A stretch of DNA of 64,000 nt from Patellaria atrata CBS 101060 (GCA_010093705.1 MU006096.1:580004-644003), one strand, 5' to 3'. Shown: positions 48,897 to 62,567, counted from the stretch's first letter. The notes: generated by a model not told the origin, from the letters alone. A program made the numbers and translations.

Positions 48897-51739
48897 CTAC
48901 TGAAACCACTCCTGCCCCTCATAAGCCTCCATACTCTCATACCCTTGAACCGGATGCCCCCAGCTCCCACCTACCGCACTCCCGTTAACCCCATTCAACC
49001 CATTAACACCGCCATTAACCCCATTCACGCCGCCAACCCCATTAACCCCCCCATTGATCCCCCACGCCTCCAACCCCTCGGTAGGGATATTCCAATTATC
49101 GAATCCGAGCGCGAGCTGATTCTGATCCCGGAACCACCAATCCTGACTATCTCTCAGCAACTGATCGACGCCGCCAAACAGCTCGCTGGGACTCGCGCCA
49201 CTGGTGTTCGTTGCGCCCGTCGAGTCCAGACTCCCTCTTCCGACGCGGTCGGAGGGTGTGTTCCCCTCTTGATGCGCCCGACGCATGGCGCGCGGAACCT
49301 GGAACTCCGCCGGGGACTGCGGAGGCATAGAATACCCGTCGCTGGTGCGGCGGAGATATCCCGTCCCGGTCGTGGCTGTGAGACCCATGGCGGGTGCAGC
49401 GGTCATGTAGGCGACCTGCTGTTGCGGCAACGTCTGTCTCTGTTGCTGCAGTTGGGTTTGACTAAAACTGGGCGAGGTGCGCGGGGGGGGTGTTGCGGCG
49501 GACGATCTGGGAGAGTGCGTGTCTACGTGCCATGCGCCGAACTTGGCGTCGTTGCGTTGGAGGACGCTGGCCGCTTCCTCGGGCAGCTCTTCGACCTTCC
49601 ACTTTTTGGCGAGCACGGAGAGGATGCTTAGGGTGCGGCGGGCGCAGAGCCAGCCCTCGGCGATCTCCTCCATGTGCTTAACGCCATGGATTATGTCGCG
49701 TTTGGCGTTTTTATCTGGTAGATTGAGGAGGTGGATGGTACAAGCTGAGTGTCCGATGTACACCGCTATGTTACAAATTTGACGGAGACCATGGGATCTT
49801 TTGTATAGTCGGAAGAGTTTGGAGATCATGGCGGCAGCTTGGGTACACATTTTGCGGGGAGACACATGAGATGGAAGTGGAGAGGTTTCTTTATTGTATT
49901 TGAGAAATGGTCGGAAGAGATGGATATAAAGCATTTGGAAGAACATACTGGACAGAAAGCGTTGTTAGTGACTGGAGCGCAACCAAAAGCATCCGAACTT
50001 ATCACTTACTGCATGACGAGTACCTGAGGAAGGATTCCCTCTTTCGGTTCGAACTCTTTGGGAAGATCTCGCCTCCAGCTTTCAAGCCTTTGATGTAATT
50101 CACTTAGCTTCTTCAATTCCGCCTGCTTGCCTTTAGGTTTATCCATATCAATGGGATTATAGAATGAGTTCATCAGATCGCTACTAATCTCGCATAAGCC
50201 GGTGATCTGTAGTGCAACGGCGCGAGTCCTTGATGGTTGGGAATGAGTATGATTCCAGCCGGAGTCCGTGTGCGCAGACCAGGTCTCTGCGTCTTCTGAG
50301 GGGAAGACATCGACCTTGGGGACAGTCACTATGGACATTGGGAGTTGAGGAAGACGTCCCAAATAGTTTGACCAGCATCTAGTGATAGATTAGATATATT
50401 CGGCCCACTGTGAGTGACGTTAATGAACTTACTTGTCAAAAAGAAAGCAACCCCAAAATGTTATCCTCCTTACGTCCTCTTCCGCCTCATCAATGTTAGT
50501 ATCTCTACCCGTTGATAAGACACCAGAATCAAGGTTCAAACCCAGATCACAGGCCATCCGGAAACTCATTCCACTGTAAACCCAACCTTTGGCTTCGCGT
50601 CCACAACCAGCCTCTCTAACAGACATAAGTGCTAGGGCCTGGACAGTTGTCAACTTCGCCTTTTCGTGTTCATCATTTTCCATAATCAATCGTTTTGCCT
50701 CCTTGAAGAAATGGTCACCAGCCGATCCTGGATCATCTGGGAATTCTCGAGCGCCAGGGTGAGATGTAAAGTGACAGCCCAAAGCTAACATCGCATTTAC
50801 TAAGAGAGGGGTACAATATTCCGTTCTCCGACGTGTGCTGGACGGCTGCTTCCCCAGGCTGAAATCCCTGTAGAACAGTTGTTTCGATAGAGTTGTGAAG
50901 TAGGCGTAGTGCCAGGTAAAGTACATGTTCATGAGATGCACAATAAGTTCCGGGTCGGATGTTACTGTTGTCCAGGATGTGATGGGATTGTCTTGCTGAT
51001 ATTGCTCTGCCGCAGCATTGTTTTCATCGTCTGATTCTGGCCCGAGGTATATTAGATGTGATGTCCCTCCGATGTAGCGTGTTGAACCATCTTCCAGACG
51101 CAATGCTCCCATCTTCCCAGAGAGTTTCTTTTCAAACATGTGAGTTGGCCCTGAGACGTTGTTCTGTATAGCCTCTTCTTCTTCTTCTTCCTCTTCTATA
51201 CCATTCTCCTTTGCTATGATAGCCTCCGCGACGGTGTCCAAGCTTTCGCAAGTCCGGATCTGGCGTACCAGTTCGGGTACTTCATCTTCAGGGTAGTTTA
51301 AGATGGCTTGGATTAAGGTTTGCAGGGTAGAGTTCCTCGTCTTAAGGTTGTCGATATCTTTCTTGTAGACGCCCTTCCTTCGATGGTCCGAGTTGGGGTC
51401 ATAGACGCATTCGGTATTGTATACGGATGAACAAGCGGCGCATGCGGGCGTTTGACCGTCGCACTGGAAGAAAGCGGAAGGGTTAGCAAGAATATCTTCC
51501 AAAGTGTACGTAACAGACGCGCGGAGAAGATGTCTTACTTTCGACTTCCTGCGTCGACAAGCGATACAAGCGGTGCTCACACATCTGCGTTTGGTACTGT
51601 CATCGGCGCTGCTGTCCTTCTTCCTGTTCCTGACCCGAGACTTGGTGGTCGCACTTTTCCGCGGAGATTCATCCTGAGGGCCGGGTGATTGCTTGATGGG
51701 GATGGGAGGGTCTTGATCTTGTGCTGGGCCACCTTCCAT
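48897..51739 (-). CDS. nirA: Nitrate assimilation transcription factor NirA/Nit-4 (Zn2Cys6 plus fungal TF middle domain)
   Basis: 'KRRCVSTACIACRRRKSK|CDG..PACAACSSVY..CVYDPNSDHRRKGVYKKD', NES-like 'LSGKMG', 'EAGCGREAKGWVYSGMSFRMA', 'HLFRPFL', 'GWLCARRTL'. Three introns. Confidence 0.93.
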
Positions 51740-52159
51740 TGGCGATGTGCAACGTAAAACCAAAGACCTTTTCCCCGGGAGAAAACAGTTGGTGTTAGGA
51801 CTGTTAGAAGTGAACGCTTTGCGAAAATTTTGTCAAGCTGTCCCCTCAGCAATTCTGTCAGAAGTACCTGCGAAAGAATACCGACCGTGATAAACCCGGA
51901 CCGGACGTAAGAGCAGACTTTTCCAATGATAGGAGCTGAGAGCTGGATCTAGAGATGGTGTGCATATTACTTTCTTTCCCTTGAACTAGTTTCTACTGGG
52001 CATTGATTTGTTCTCTCATTATTCTCACAGAAGCAAGGTCACCCAAAGCCGGACATGATGTGGTGAGTATTTCTTTTTGATGCTGACAAACGTGGCAACG
52101 TTCAATGAACGACGGGGGAAGGTCATCCCCGCCATCATTGAGGTAATGGGGGTGGGGAG

Positions 52160-52230
52160 GGGGGTGAGGGAGGGGCCAAGGGGGGTGAGGGAGGGGCCAA
52201 GGGAGGTGAGGGAGGGGCTAAGGGGGGTCA
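52160..52230. repeat. 21-bp G-rich tandem repeat (GGGGGTGAGGGAGGGGCCAAG, ~3.3 copies) upstream of nirA
   Basis: Units at 52160-52180, 52181-52201 and 52202-52222 (variant). Confidence 0.9.
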
Positions 52231-53187
52231 AGGCGGGGTGTGGGAAAAGCCAGACAGGAATCTCGTCGTTCCATAGGGAATGACAGGACCGATGACAGAG
52301 CACTAAAGGGTACCCTTGGTAGCTCTAGCCTCAAATTGGATATCTCGGTACTACTTCCGCTCCCCGCTATCATGACCCTATCTCCTGGCCATTAGGGGAG
52401 AAGACATTTTCAGCATTCATGCAGCATACCTCCATCTTCCATTGTACAGTACACCGTTCGCTGCTGTACGTTTTCCAGGCCGCTCCTTCCTACTTGACAA
52501 TAAGCAACTTTGACGTACCATCGACGTCACATGCATCGCTACCAAGTCGCCAAAACAATCGCTTGCGCGTCGATCTGTACAGAGGGCGTAGACCTACCCG
52601 GACAGTAAGGAGTTCCTAGTCGTAGCCCTATCATGGTTGTAGGTACCCTGTACAGAACACGTCAAACCGCTGTCTCTAAAGACATAATTGCAATGCCTTT
52701 TTGGATTTTAAGTGCTAGCTATCTCTGTACAGAAATCGGAAAGAGATGAAACGGCGCCCTGTGCATATTGAAGAGCTGGGGAGGAAGAAGATGCTGGCAG
52801 GAGATAAGCCATGCACCGTACGAAAATATCTCATGCCGTACCAAAATCGTATCCTCCAACCGAGAACCGTACCGCTGAAAGCTTCTGAGGTGCTCCAGCA
52901 GTTGGCTTTCGATATGAAAAACTAAAGTCCTGGAATGCTAAATAGGTGAGAAAACTGAACTTCCCAGTGATATCGTACAGCCCACCATATCCTAAATCTT
53001 GCAGTAAATGGAATCGTGCAGAATAGAAATCGAAAGGGTAGATGCCCCGAGATGGTTCTAGATCCAGCTTTTCGTACAGCACATCAACCTAATCAATGGA
53101 TAGCTTGACGGTCAAGGTCCATCTTCAAGCTCGAAAGCTAGTTTGTTGAGGCGACGGATCGGTAGCCGTAAAGTCCTCACGACAAGG

Positions 53188-56100
53188 CTAAAGAGAGTCT
53201 GCCAGAGCGTCCTCCTCGGCGGAAACGTCTACCATTCTGTGCTGCTCAGGATCTTCGACCAGTATGAAAGGTTGACCCGATTTAATTGTACGAGTCGGTC
53301 CAAAAAGACGCAAGAGATCCTCTATAAGGATGCTGTAAAACATATCAGTAAGCGAGACATCTACGTGAATACAGTACACTGACCTCTCCGCGGTACCGCC
53401 ATCCTCCATCACCTTGTCAATCTCAATCTGTTTGGTCTCTTGCATTTTGAGCAGATTTTGATCGACTGTGTTGTTGACCACGATCCGTGTCATATAGGTC
53501 TCTTGTTTTTGTCCAATGCGGAAGACTCTGCAAAAAGCTAACACATCCTTAGCCCGTGTCCCACATGAAACTGAATGTGATTTTACCTTGCTGCTCTATG
53601 GCTTTATTCCACCAAGGGTCCATAATGATGACCCGAGATGCCATAGTAAGATTTAGGCCCACTGGTTCTATCAGTCAGTAGCGATCTGGTAACTTAGGTG
53701 ATAGTAACTTTACCACCACCACATTTGAGAGACGCCACCAAAACCTTCGACTCGCATTCTTTATCCCCAAAGTCCTTGAGGGTCTTGGCCTTAGCTTTCT
53801 TACTCATCTGTCCCGAAAACTAGGAGTTGGGTTAGCATTGAATATGGAACATAAAGAAAAGTTCGTACGGTTAAGCATGGCCAACCCTCGTCAGCCAACA
53901 TGCTAGAAAGAATATAAATCCTAATATGATCAGTGTCCGACTATTTTGTTTAGAAAGAATGTCGTACATATTAAGCCACTGCGTGAATACGATGATCTTG
54001 CAATCGGGGTCTTCTCGAAGCCAGTTCAGGATCTGCGCTTTTACTGCGACTGTCTTTGCCGAGGGGAGCACATGTCGTTCCATTGCAAGCCAGTCTTTCA
54101 TGCCACGTCGCCGAAGTTCCTTTTCGTATTTTGTTAATTTCTCTTTTGTTTCCTCAGTATCTAATGGAGTTGCTCCCTCGGTTGGATCCTCAGTTGGCTC
54201 CTCGGCTGGGTCATCTGCTGGTAACTCGGCTGGGTCGACCTTCTGGAAGTGAAAAAATCTGGAATCACAAGCGGTGCATGTGGGATATCTGTCTACTTTA
54301 CTTGCTCCTTCCGGTGGTAATGGAAGACATGATTCGCAGTAGATGTGGGAACAACTGGTTCGAAAAGGCTCTTCAGGCTTCTGATTGCAGGCGGAGCAAG
54401 GTGCATCATTTTGACTGAGAGCGTTATCCTTTCCGCCCTTCAACTGTTCCAAATACGGTAGGAAGTTGTATGATTTACCATGCAATCCGCCGTAGGTGTC
54501 ATCCTCGTCAACTGCGGACATCGGAACTGCGGCACACGATACGATGGGCACTGTCGTGGTTGCTGATTCTGCACTCCGCTGAGCTGCGATGAGGACGTTA
54601 CGAATATGAGCTATTTGTCGAGTGCTGTTGACATCTGCATCGGTCAAGCCCTCTTCCACAACAGCTCGAAGTTTCGCAACATCCTCACGATCCAAAAGAT
54701 CATAAATCGCGATCTGTACCAATAATGGGTGGCTGGCCAACTGTCGAAGCTTTAGAAGCATAGTGTAGATATGGCGATACCGGGTTTTTAGTTCTCCATT
54801 TCTAGAGATCTGGTTGATTCTGTTTATCATTCTCTTGAGTACGATGTCGTAAATCGCTCTCTCCACTGTGTTAAGCTCGCACTGGATTGTGACCGGTGTT
54901 GCTCTCGGCAACTTCAAGATTGGTGCACCAAAGAGTTGATCCCGATGAGTACGCCGGATCATAAACTGGCTTAGACGAGCGAGCAGTCTGGAGGCCTTAT
55001 CCATATCGCCGTCGCCACAGTAATTTTCCTTGAAGACAGTGACCGAACCTGTGTATGGTACCTGGAGAAATTTGAAATATGGGTATAATTCCTGTTCACT
55101 CTTAATTCATGTTCTACGGAATGACTGAAAAACCTACCTCGATAGTATTCATGATAGGGGTACCGCTCAGAGCCCATCGACGTTTCGCAATCAAGCCGCG
55201 ACATGCGATGGAAGTATGCGATTTATAGTTCTTGATTGCCTGCGCTTCATCAAGAACCTGAATCGTAGGTAAGTAATTTTCAGGTCTGACTGGGAAATAT
55301 TATCTTACCACACGATAAAATACGACTCTGTGGAGCAGACCTCTCTCTTCAGCCAGATATTTATTCCACCAAACTATCTTTTCTTCAGATGTCTGCAATT
55401 CCTTGGGTGGGTCGCATTTTGGGTAGGATTTTGAGACCTCGTAGTAAGTGGTGAGACTTGGAGCAAGGTTAGTACATCAAATGAAAGTAGTCTACATAAG
55501 GGACTTACACGAAATCGTGAGCCAATAGATTCTCTTCCTCGAGCGTAGACTCTGATTTATCATTTGAACGATACTTTATGACGTTCCCTATCCAATCGTC
55601 CTCACAATGCGCCTTGATCTCATTACCCCCTTTCCATAAGATCAGCCTAAGTATAAAGAACATAGGCAGAATATACTCACATTGACTGATGAGAGACGCC
55701 GGAACAACAATGAGCGTTGTTTGGCGGTCTACGGACTTCGTGTTTTTAGACTTAGCGGGTCGACTAGTTATGATATTCGCTGTACATGGTTATTTTCAAG
55801 AATTCGACGTTTTAGGGGGAAGGCCTACCAAGCATCATCACAGTCTTTCCAAGCCCCATCTGATCAGCATTCAAGCCGCCGAATGGCCCGTTCTTGTCTT
55901 CTTCCCTTTCTCTCATAAAGCCCGCTCCGAGGACTTGGTGATGGGTCAAGGAAGATTTCATTCCTTTCACGCGCCAACCGGAATTCCCATTCGGCATGCA
56001 CCGTCCACGTCCGAAAACCTTTGCCGCCTCTAATAACATAGCCTTGTCGCCACTCGCTGATTTTCTCCTATCCTCTGGCAAAGACGCAATCAACTGTGCG

Positions 56101-56738
56101 AGGGCACTCTGCTTTTTGTTATTTCCATTGAGCGCTTCGTTTTCGGGAAGTTCGGGTTGTCGTGCGCCGGATTCATTCTCCCTAGATGCTTCAAACACAT
56201 CAACATCCACCAGATCTTGCGAATCTAACTCTCGAGCGGCTGCTACCGTCCTCTTCTTTCGGGTAATCGTGTTCGGTGAAAATTCTCTGCTTACTACGAC
56301 TTTGTTCTGCCCTTCGCGTCCTTCCTTTCCCAGTACATTTGATATCCACATTTTCACATTCTTCTTCGTTCTACCATCCATACTTGGTATGTTTGCCGTC
56401 TCTTCACCGCTCCTCACCTTCCTCTTCTTTTTCTTAGCGTCTGCTGCTAATATATGCTCTATCCCCGCCATCAGGGATTGGTTTTGCTCCTCATCAATGA
56501 TCTGAGCGGAGCTTGCTTTGGCCTTTGTCAAAGATCTAGTGTGGTGTAACTCAGGAATGATTGGTTTGCTGTTCGATGTATGAGTAAGAGCCAAATATCA
56601 ATAGGGAGTGACTTACATGTCCTCATCCTCGCTGACGAATAATCCCTCAGGGTTTTCGCGAAGATTGCCATTATCCTCCGAGGTTAGGTCTATGGCATTG
56701 TCCTTGCTATCGCCCTTTTGCGGTGTTGCATCGGCCAT
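53188..56738 (-). CDS. SNF2-family helicase with inserted RING finger (Rad5/Rad16/Uls1-like)
   Basis: '[13 protein letters not shown]', '[10 protein letters not shown]', '[10 protein letters not shown]', 'MIRRT', '[11 protein letters not shown]', C3HC4 '[18 protein letters not shown]', 'SAKT', '[15 protein letters not shown]', 'RVFRIGQ'. Many short introns. Confidence 0.9.
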
Positions 56739-58141
56739 CGTGGAGATGTTCCGGTAAGATAGAACTGTCAGGATGATGTGCTGGAAAAGTGATACTGGCT
56801 TTTTACATATAAAGACTTCTTGCGATGTTCAGGACTTTGAGGGGTGTTGGATAGTTTGACTGATGCTGGAGTAGAGATAAAGAATATGCTTTGAGCTGCG
56901 AGAAAACGATATGAGAAAAGAGAAGAAGGTTAAGTTTAGAAGGCCTGGAGAGAGTAGTAAAGAGTGCAATAGAAGGGTATCGACCGAATTGCAAACAAAC
57001 AACTTAGCATGGAATGAGAGGAGTCAGCTAGTTACGGATTAGGCGGTGTTACCATGAGCTGATATAGGAAGAGTTCATTAATCAAATATGTCGTTTGCTG
57101 TGTGTGAAATGAGACCAATATGGCGGTATCAAATTACTTAGTTTCAGTTGGCTGGATATGATGCTCGTCTGATAAAGCGGTCGACAGTTCTCGAAACGGA
57201 GTTGTCGCCCTTCTACCCTTTGGATTTCCTCTCTTATAATTCAAATGAAACGACAAGAGTCAATAGAAGATGGAATGATTCTACGGAATGTCATGGAGCA
57301 CTTGACTATAACCTTCAACGAGATAAGAAGAGCAAACGAAGAATCCGACCCTAACTCGCCCAAACGAGACGGCAAGGGAACATTGACACTATGAGCGGTA
57401 GACTTCACCCAAAAACATGTGAATTCAGAACCGGCTTGTTGATGTCTGGACGGGAAGTGCGGTGTGCAATAGTGTAATCCATACCAGCCATGTCTCTAAT
57501 CAGATATCCAAACCCACCTTCAACAAGGTCACTAGAACTAGCTTCTATGACATTGAAGCTAGAAGTAGATCAATGTCCTGATATTTATTGAGCGTAGGAA
57601 GAGAAGTAAAGGTGGTCAATGGAGGATGAAGGTTCGAATATGTAAAGGGGTTCGGCGTGTAATGCATTCTGGAGCACAGACGAGGATGAACTAAGTGTGA
57701 AGTAGAGCATGTACTGCTGTGTTGGACACTAATAAAAATACGATTCGTCTTCTCATCCCTAGAAAAATTAGCGGTTGAGGTTAATCAGGGTAACGGTAAC
57801 TTATCTTAAGTATTTATTACGCACCACTGATGTGTGCTACTTGCTTCCACATCAACAAGTCTAAACATTCTGAACACGGCTAGAGAATTGCTTAATTCAA
57901 TTGCACATCATATGCGTCCCATATGTAAAGCATTTCGGCAAAGGGTGCATGACTATCAAGAAAGAGTCCAATATGATGATACACTATCCAGAAAAGACCT
58001 GATTAATGAGATAGTGAAGCCTCCCTTCCCCTTTTCGCCTACGCTTGCTGAAATCATAATACCAACAAGAAAGGATATCGAGATGCACCGTGTACTATGC
58101 ATTCATATTATACCAACCACAAAAGAAAATGATATGCCTTG

Positions 58142-60075
58142 CTATCTGCACTCTTCTGATCTCCTGGGATAGAAGTATGCTGCGATGGCAATGATGATAT
58201 ATGTAGCTATCAGAAGCACACCCTCGAGCCAATCTAAAATCGTGTCAATAATCGAACCGGAAGTGAGTTATAGAGAATGAACTTACGGGATTTGCCGTCT
58301 TGTATGAGATAATTCACCAAGAGAACGGCAACAAAGAGAACAGCAATTTGGAATCCATCAAAATACAGTGACATACACTCTGTTCCCATAATCCAGCCGA
58401 GTATAACTGTAAATGGGAGAACCAGAAGGGCGATCTGCATGCTTGAACCCACCGCAACACCGATTGCAAGATCCATCTTGTCTTTGATGGCTACTGTCAC
58501 AGCAGTAGCGTGCTCGGCGGCATTCCCGACGATAGGAATGAGAATCAGACCAACGAATGTTTCCGAAATACCACCACCCTCTCCGGTAACGGAATGTATA
58601 CCATCCACCATAAAGTCGGCGCAAAGTGCGACGAGCACAGTAGAAACGAGCAAGGTTATTAGGGCACCGATGACGGTGAGGTTAGGCTCTTCCTTCTCTT
58701 CATCCTTCTCTACTCCTACTGGACTTTGCATCAGATTTTCTGCGTTGACTCGACCGCCGGCGGTAGCAGCGTTGCCGGCTCCAATACTAGCAATGCCTCG
58801 TTGTGTAGAACCGTCTTCTATCTTGTTTCGTTTTCGTTTTTCAACTTTTTGACTTGGTTCATTGAACATGTGAACGTGAGACTTGAGTTGAAAGAAGAGA
58901 TAGCATCCATAGACCAGAAGTAAAATGACAGATGTTCCGCGCGATAGTGGTGCGACCCCGGTTTCACCAGCTTCGGACCACTCGTGAAATGCCGTAGGAA
59001 TGAGCAGACTCCCAATACACAATGCAAGCATGCTTGCCGCTGTCTGGGCGACGGTTACGTTGAAGAATTGTTCGAATCTATTCACACCACCCAAGAAAAA
59101 TGCCATTCCCATTACAAGAAGGAGGTTCGAGAGCATTGACCCGATCAGAGACGTTTTGACGATGTTGTACTCGTGTTTTACCAGGGCGAGGATTGATACA
59201 ATTAGCTCAACCGCGTTACTAAAAAAAAAAATGTGTTAGCTTATACTCTGAAGGGACTATATTACCCTACTCACCCAAATGTCGCATTGAGAAGGCCACC
59301 GATCGTCTCCCCGACATGAAGAGCAATTTCCTCAGTCGCATAGCTCAGAGTTCCAGCCAAGGGGATAATAGCAATAAAATTCACGACGAAATTAATATAA
59401 TCCGGTTTGACGTGAGCATAATTGACGGCAAACCCTATTGGGACGAACACGAAAAGGACGTTTATCCATGACCCCAATACTACTGTGCGAAATTGTGATG
59501 CAAATGTAAGTTTTCTTCTAGGCTTGGAGCTCTGAGTGTTTGTTCGCGTCCGCTTTTCGTTCTCTTCACGTTTCCTCTTGAGTTTCAGAAACTTTCTGAA
59601 CCTCCTCCTAGGCCTTTGCCCAGCATCGACATCAGCTGTAGGTGACTCTACAGGCTCATCCGAGACCTTAGTTTCTTTTGGGAATTGTTCAATGGGCGCA
59701 AATTTGTGTGGCGGAAAATGAGTGCTAGTGGCAGAGCCTGGGTTCGTTGGTAAGGTACTTGCATGCTGAGGACCTTCAAAGTCCCTATTATCCTCTTTAC
59801 TACCCAATTGCCGTCTGTGCTCCATTTCAGGTGTCACACATGATTCAGAATGGTTATCCGGGACGACATTGTTGGCCTCTAAATCAGAATCACTGATTAA
59901 TCGCTCTCGATCGCGAGGAGTGACGCGTGCGAAAGGGTTAAAATTTCTCGCTCCTTGTTCGGTTTTCCATGCCGCATGCCGTGCTTTCGACCGTATAGAA
60001 TCTAACGAAGAGTGTTAACAGACCATGGTCACTTTCAGAAGCTATGATGTTATGTGCTTAGGGTGACTAACGCAT
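58142..60075 (-). CDS. VCX1: Vacuolar Ca2+/H+ exchanger (CAX/VCX1 family)
   Basis: Alpha-repeat signatures 'GGLLNATFGNAVE' and 'PIVGNAAEH', plus 'GSSMQIAL' and 'DGKS.WLEG'. First coding exon is ATGC (60075-60072). Confidence 0.92.
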
Positions 60076-62567
60076 TGTAATACCGATCCTAGGATAGGAG
60101 TAAACAGAGAAGAAAAGCCTCCGAAGTCAATGTCGATAAACGACGGAAAACCGTTTCAGTAAAATACTTTTGATTTGATGATCGAATTATCGAGGCACAC
60201 GGTTGGCTGGTTGAGGTTTTGATGTTTTGGGGCCAAAAGTTCTCTGCCAGGAATGTTGTGCGCTGCGATTTTGCAGATTCGTTAGTGATGAGATCGTCTT
60301 CAGGAGACGAGAAAGATAATAGATTATTGAGTAGTGCGCTCTTTACAGGAAGATATTGGGATGAGAGGTACCTCTGTATATATGAACGAGTCGCGACGAT
60401 GAAGTTGAAGGTACAAGAGTATCTGGTGTATGGGGGAAATTGCATTGATTTGGAACTGAGGGACGGGATGTTGAAGTGTGCACCTCAGCTACGATTCAAG
60501 GTGATGGCGCCACGCACTGTGGCTGCTGGCGAAGTTAAATGGAAGGATGCGTACCTAGAACTAGAACTAGAACTGTGCAGTATCTCTAGCCCTGCAGGGA
60601 ATGATATAAATCACAGTAAACAAAATGTATTGGAGGTGGATGAAAGATGGAAGAAAGCTTCCAGAAATCATCTATATTGGAAGCGGCGGAAACTTTGGTA
60701 CAGTTCACCCCATGATTCTAAAACTGTTAACCCAACCGATTCTCTGCCCCAACTGTTGAAGCGTTGTTCTTCCTAAACATGGAAGTGTGAACGAGTGACG
60801 ATGTGTGAGATTTGTTTTCCAAGGAGAGCCTGAACTTGGCCTTGGTGCTTCTCCAAAACAAGGACACACACAAGATTCATCAAGCCGGGTTTGCAATGCT
60901 TCGCTTTATTGGCTCTTCTGGGCGAAACTTGCGTTTTGTATGACTGCACCGCTGTTATGCTCCTTAATGACGTCGTCATGCATTTATATCAGCTATATAT
61001 TTATATCGGAGATTTTATATAACAAGGTATCCAAAGGTGTCTACCTACCTTGATTATGCTTGGGAGTGTATTTGATACGATTTCATTTGATGAGTTCGAT
61101 ATCATTGCCTTACCCTCTACCCTCTGTACTGTACTCAGAAAGCACAGGGAAGTGCCTGTGCTTGACTGAACCTTCGCTAACAATCATGAGGCACGGATAG
61201 ACTTACACCCAACGCCGTAAGGTAGTTCTACTGCACCTTGCCTCTCCTCTTTTGACCGAATGCACTACTCTACTTGTCTTATCAAAGATATCTCTTTTGG
61301 ATATGATTCAAATTGTAGCTATGGTTGTCAGTCGCTTTTAGATTCTGTTCAGTTTTGGCCTAATATTCCCCCATGTCACCCTCGTAATAACCAACAACCG
61401 TATCCATGCTATACGAGTTCTATAAGTATATGCAGTAGATACTGCTTTGTCCTGAACGCATTGTAACTCCTAACCGTTTGCACTGTACGGTTGCTAAGTA
61501 TTAGAGGGAGAGGCCGTTCATCTTTACAGTACACATTACATGGAAGTCAAAGGTTTGTATTCGTACTTCATCCTACAAGGAATTACGAGACGGAAGGGAC
61601 AGGGGAGTAACTCACCGTACATTAAAAGCTACGAGTGGCATGATGCGAGGGGAATCAAGGGATATTTTGCAATACTGCCGGAAAATGATAAGAAGTAGAA
61701 TGCTAAAGATTGATGCTTCCAATGGATACTCCGTACACTACAAAGCTTGGGGTACAGATACGAAGCAAGATAAATGTCGTCGGTATAGTCCAAGCTGCTG
61801 TGCGCTTGGATCAAGAATGACTCTGATAATATGTAGAGCCAGGGAAGATTCGATATGATACTAGAATGAAAAGTGCGCTATTACGTGTAAGGAGGTGTCA
61901 GATGCAAAAGCTGAGAGATGCTTCCTGTGTGGTAGAGAGGATGCCTTCGGATATAGTTTACGAGCATCTAATGTGAAGACATGTTTAATCGAATAGCTGA
62001 TATCCTTACGAAACGCCGTTGAGAGAATAAACTACAAAGTAGGACGAGTGAAATTTCAAACTTTGATGCCGTCCAGATCTGTCCAATTTCTGAACACAGG
62101 TGCGTTATTCGAGGCGGTTGATACTGATTAAGACCACATTCGTGTAACTTATCCCTTTGCCAAAGTTTCCCGGATACTGTAGATTTATCGAAAAGCTTCC
62201 CTTGCGCTGTAGGGATAAGGAGAGGGCCGGAAACGAATTGACGTCAGATCCAGTGCTTTTGGGTGCGAGAAAGGGAAGATACTTCTTACTGTACACATCA
62301 ATATTTTGAAGTAGTTTTCCACTCCAGGGTCACAACCAGTGAGAGGCGTGGATAGTTGGGCGTGATCTCATGAATGAAAAAGGAGGCTGACTCAGCAAGC
62401 GTCGGTCCGTCGGAGCCCAACACGTCTCACTTTTGGGAGTGCGAACTCTTTTCCAAGCAATTATCATCACCCAGCAAGTTCCATCGCCACGCGCATCCAA
62501 ACCATTCGACTGACCCAGAGACTACTGGCTCAGTCCCCATCTTCTCATTTCGCGCTTCCAAAGTTTT

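Noticed and set aside
48945..49631. 228-aa plus-strand ORF
   Set aside because: It is the antisense shadow of the GC-rich last exon of nirA.
60219..60776. 185-aa plus-strand ORF upstream of VCX1
   Set aside because: Non-ATG start, no recognisable motif, and it overlaps the probable VCX1 leader and promoter.
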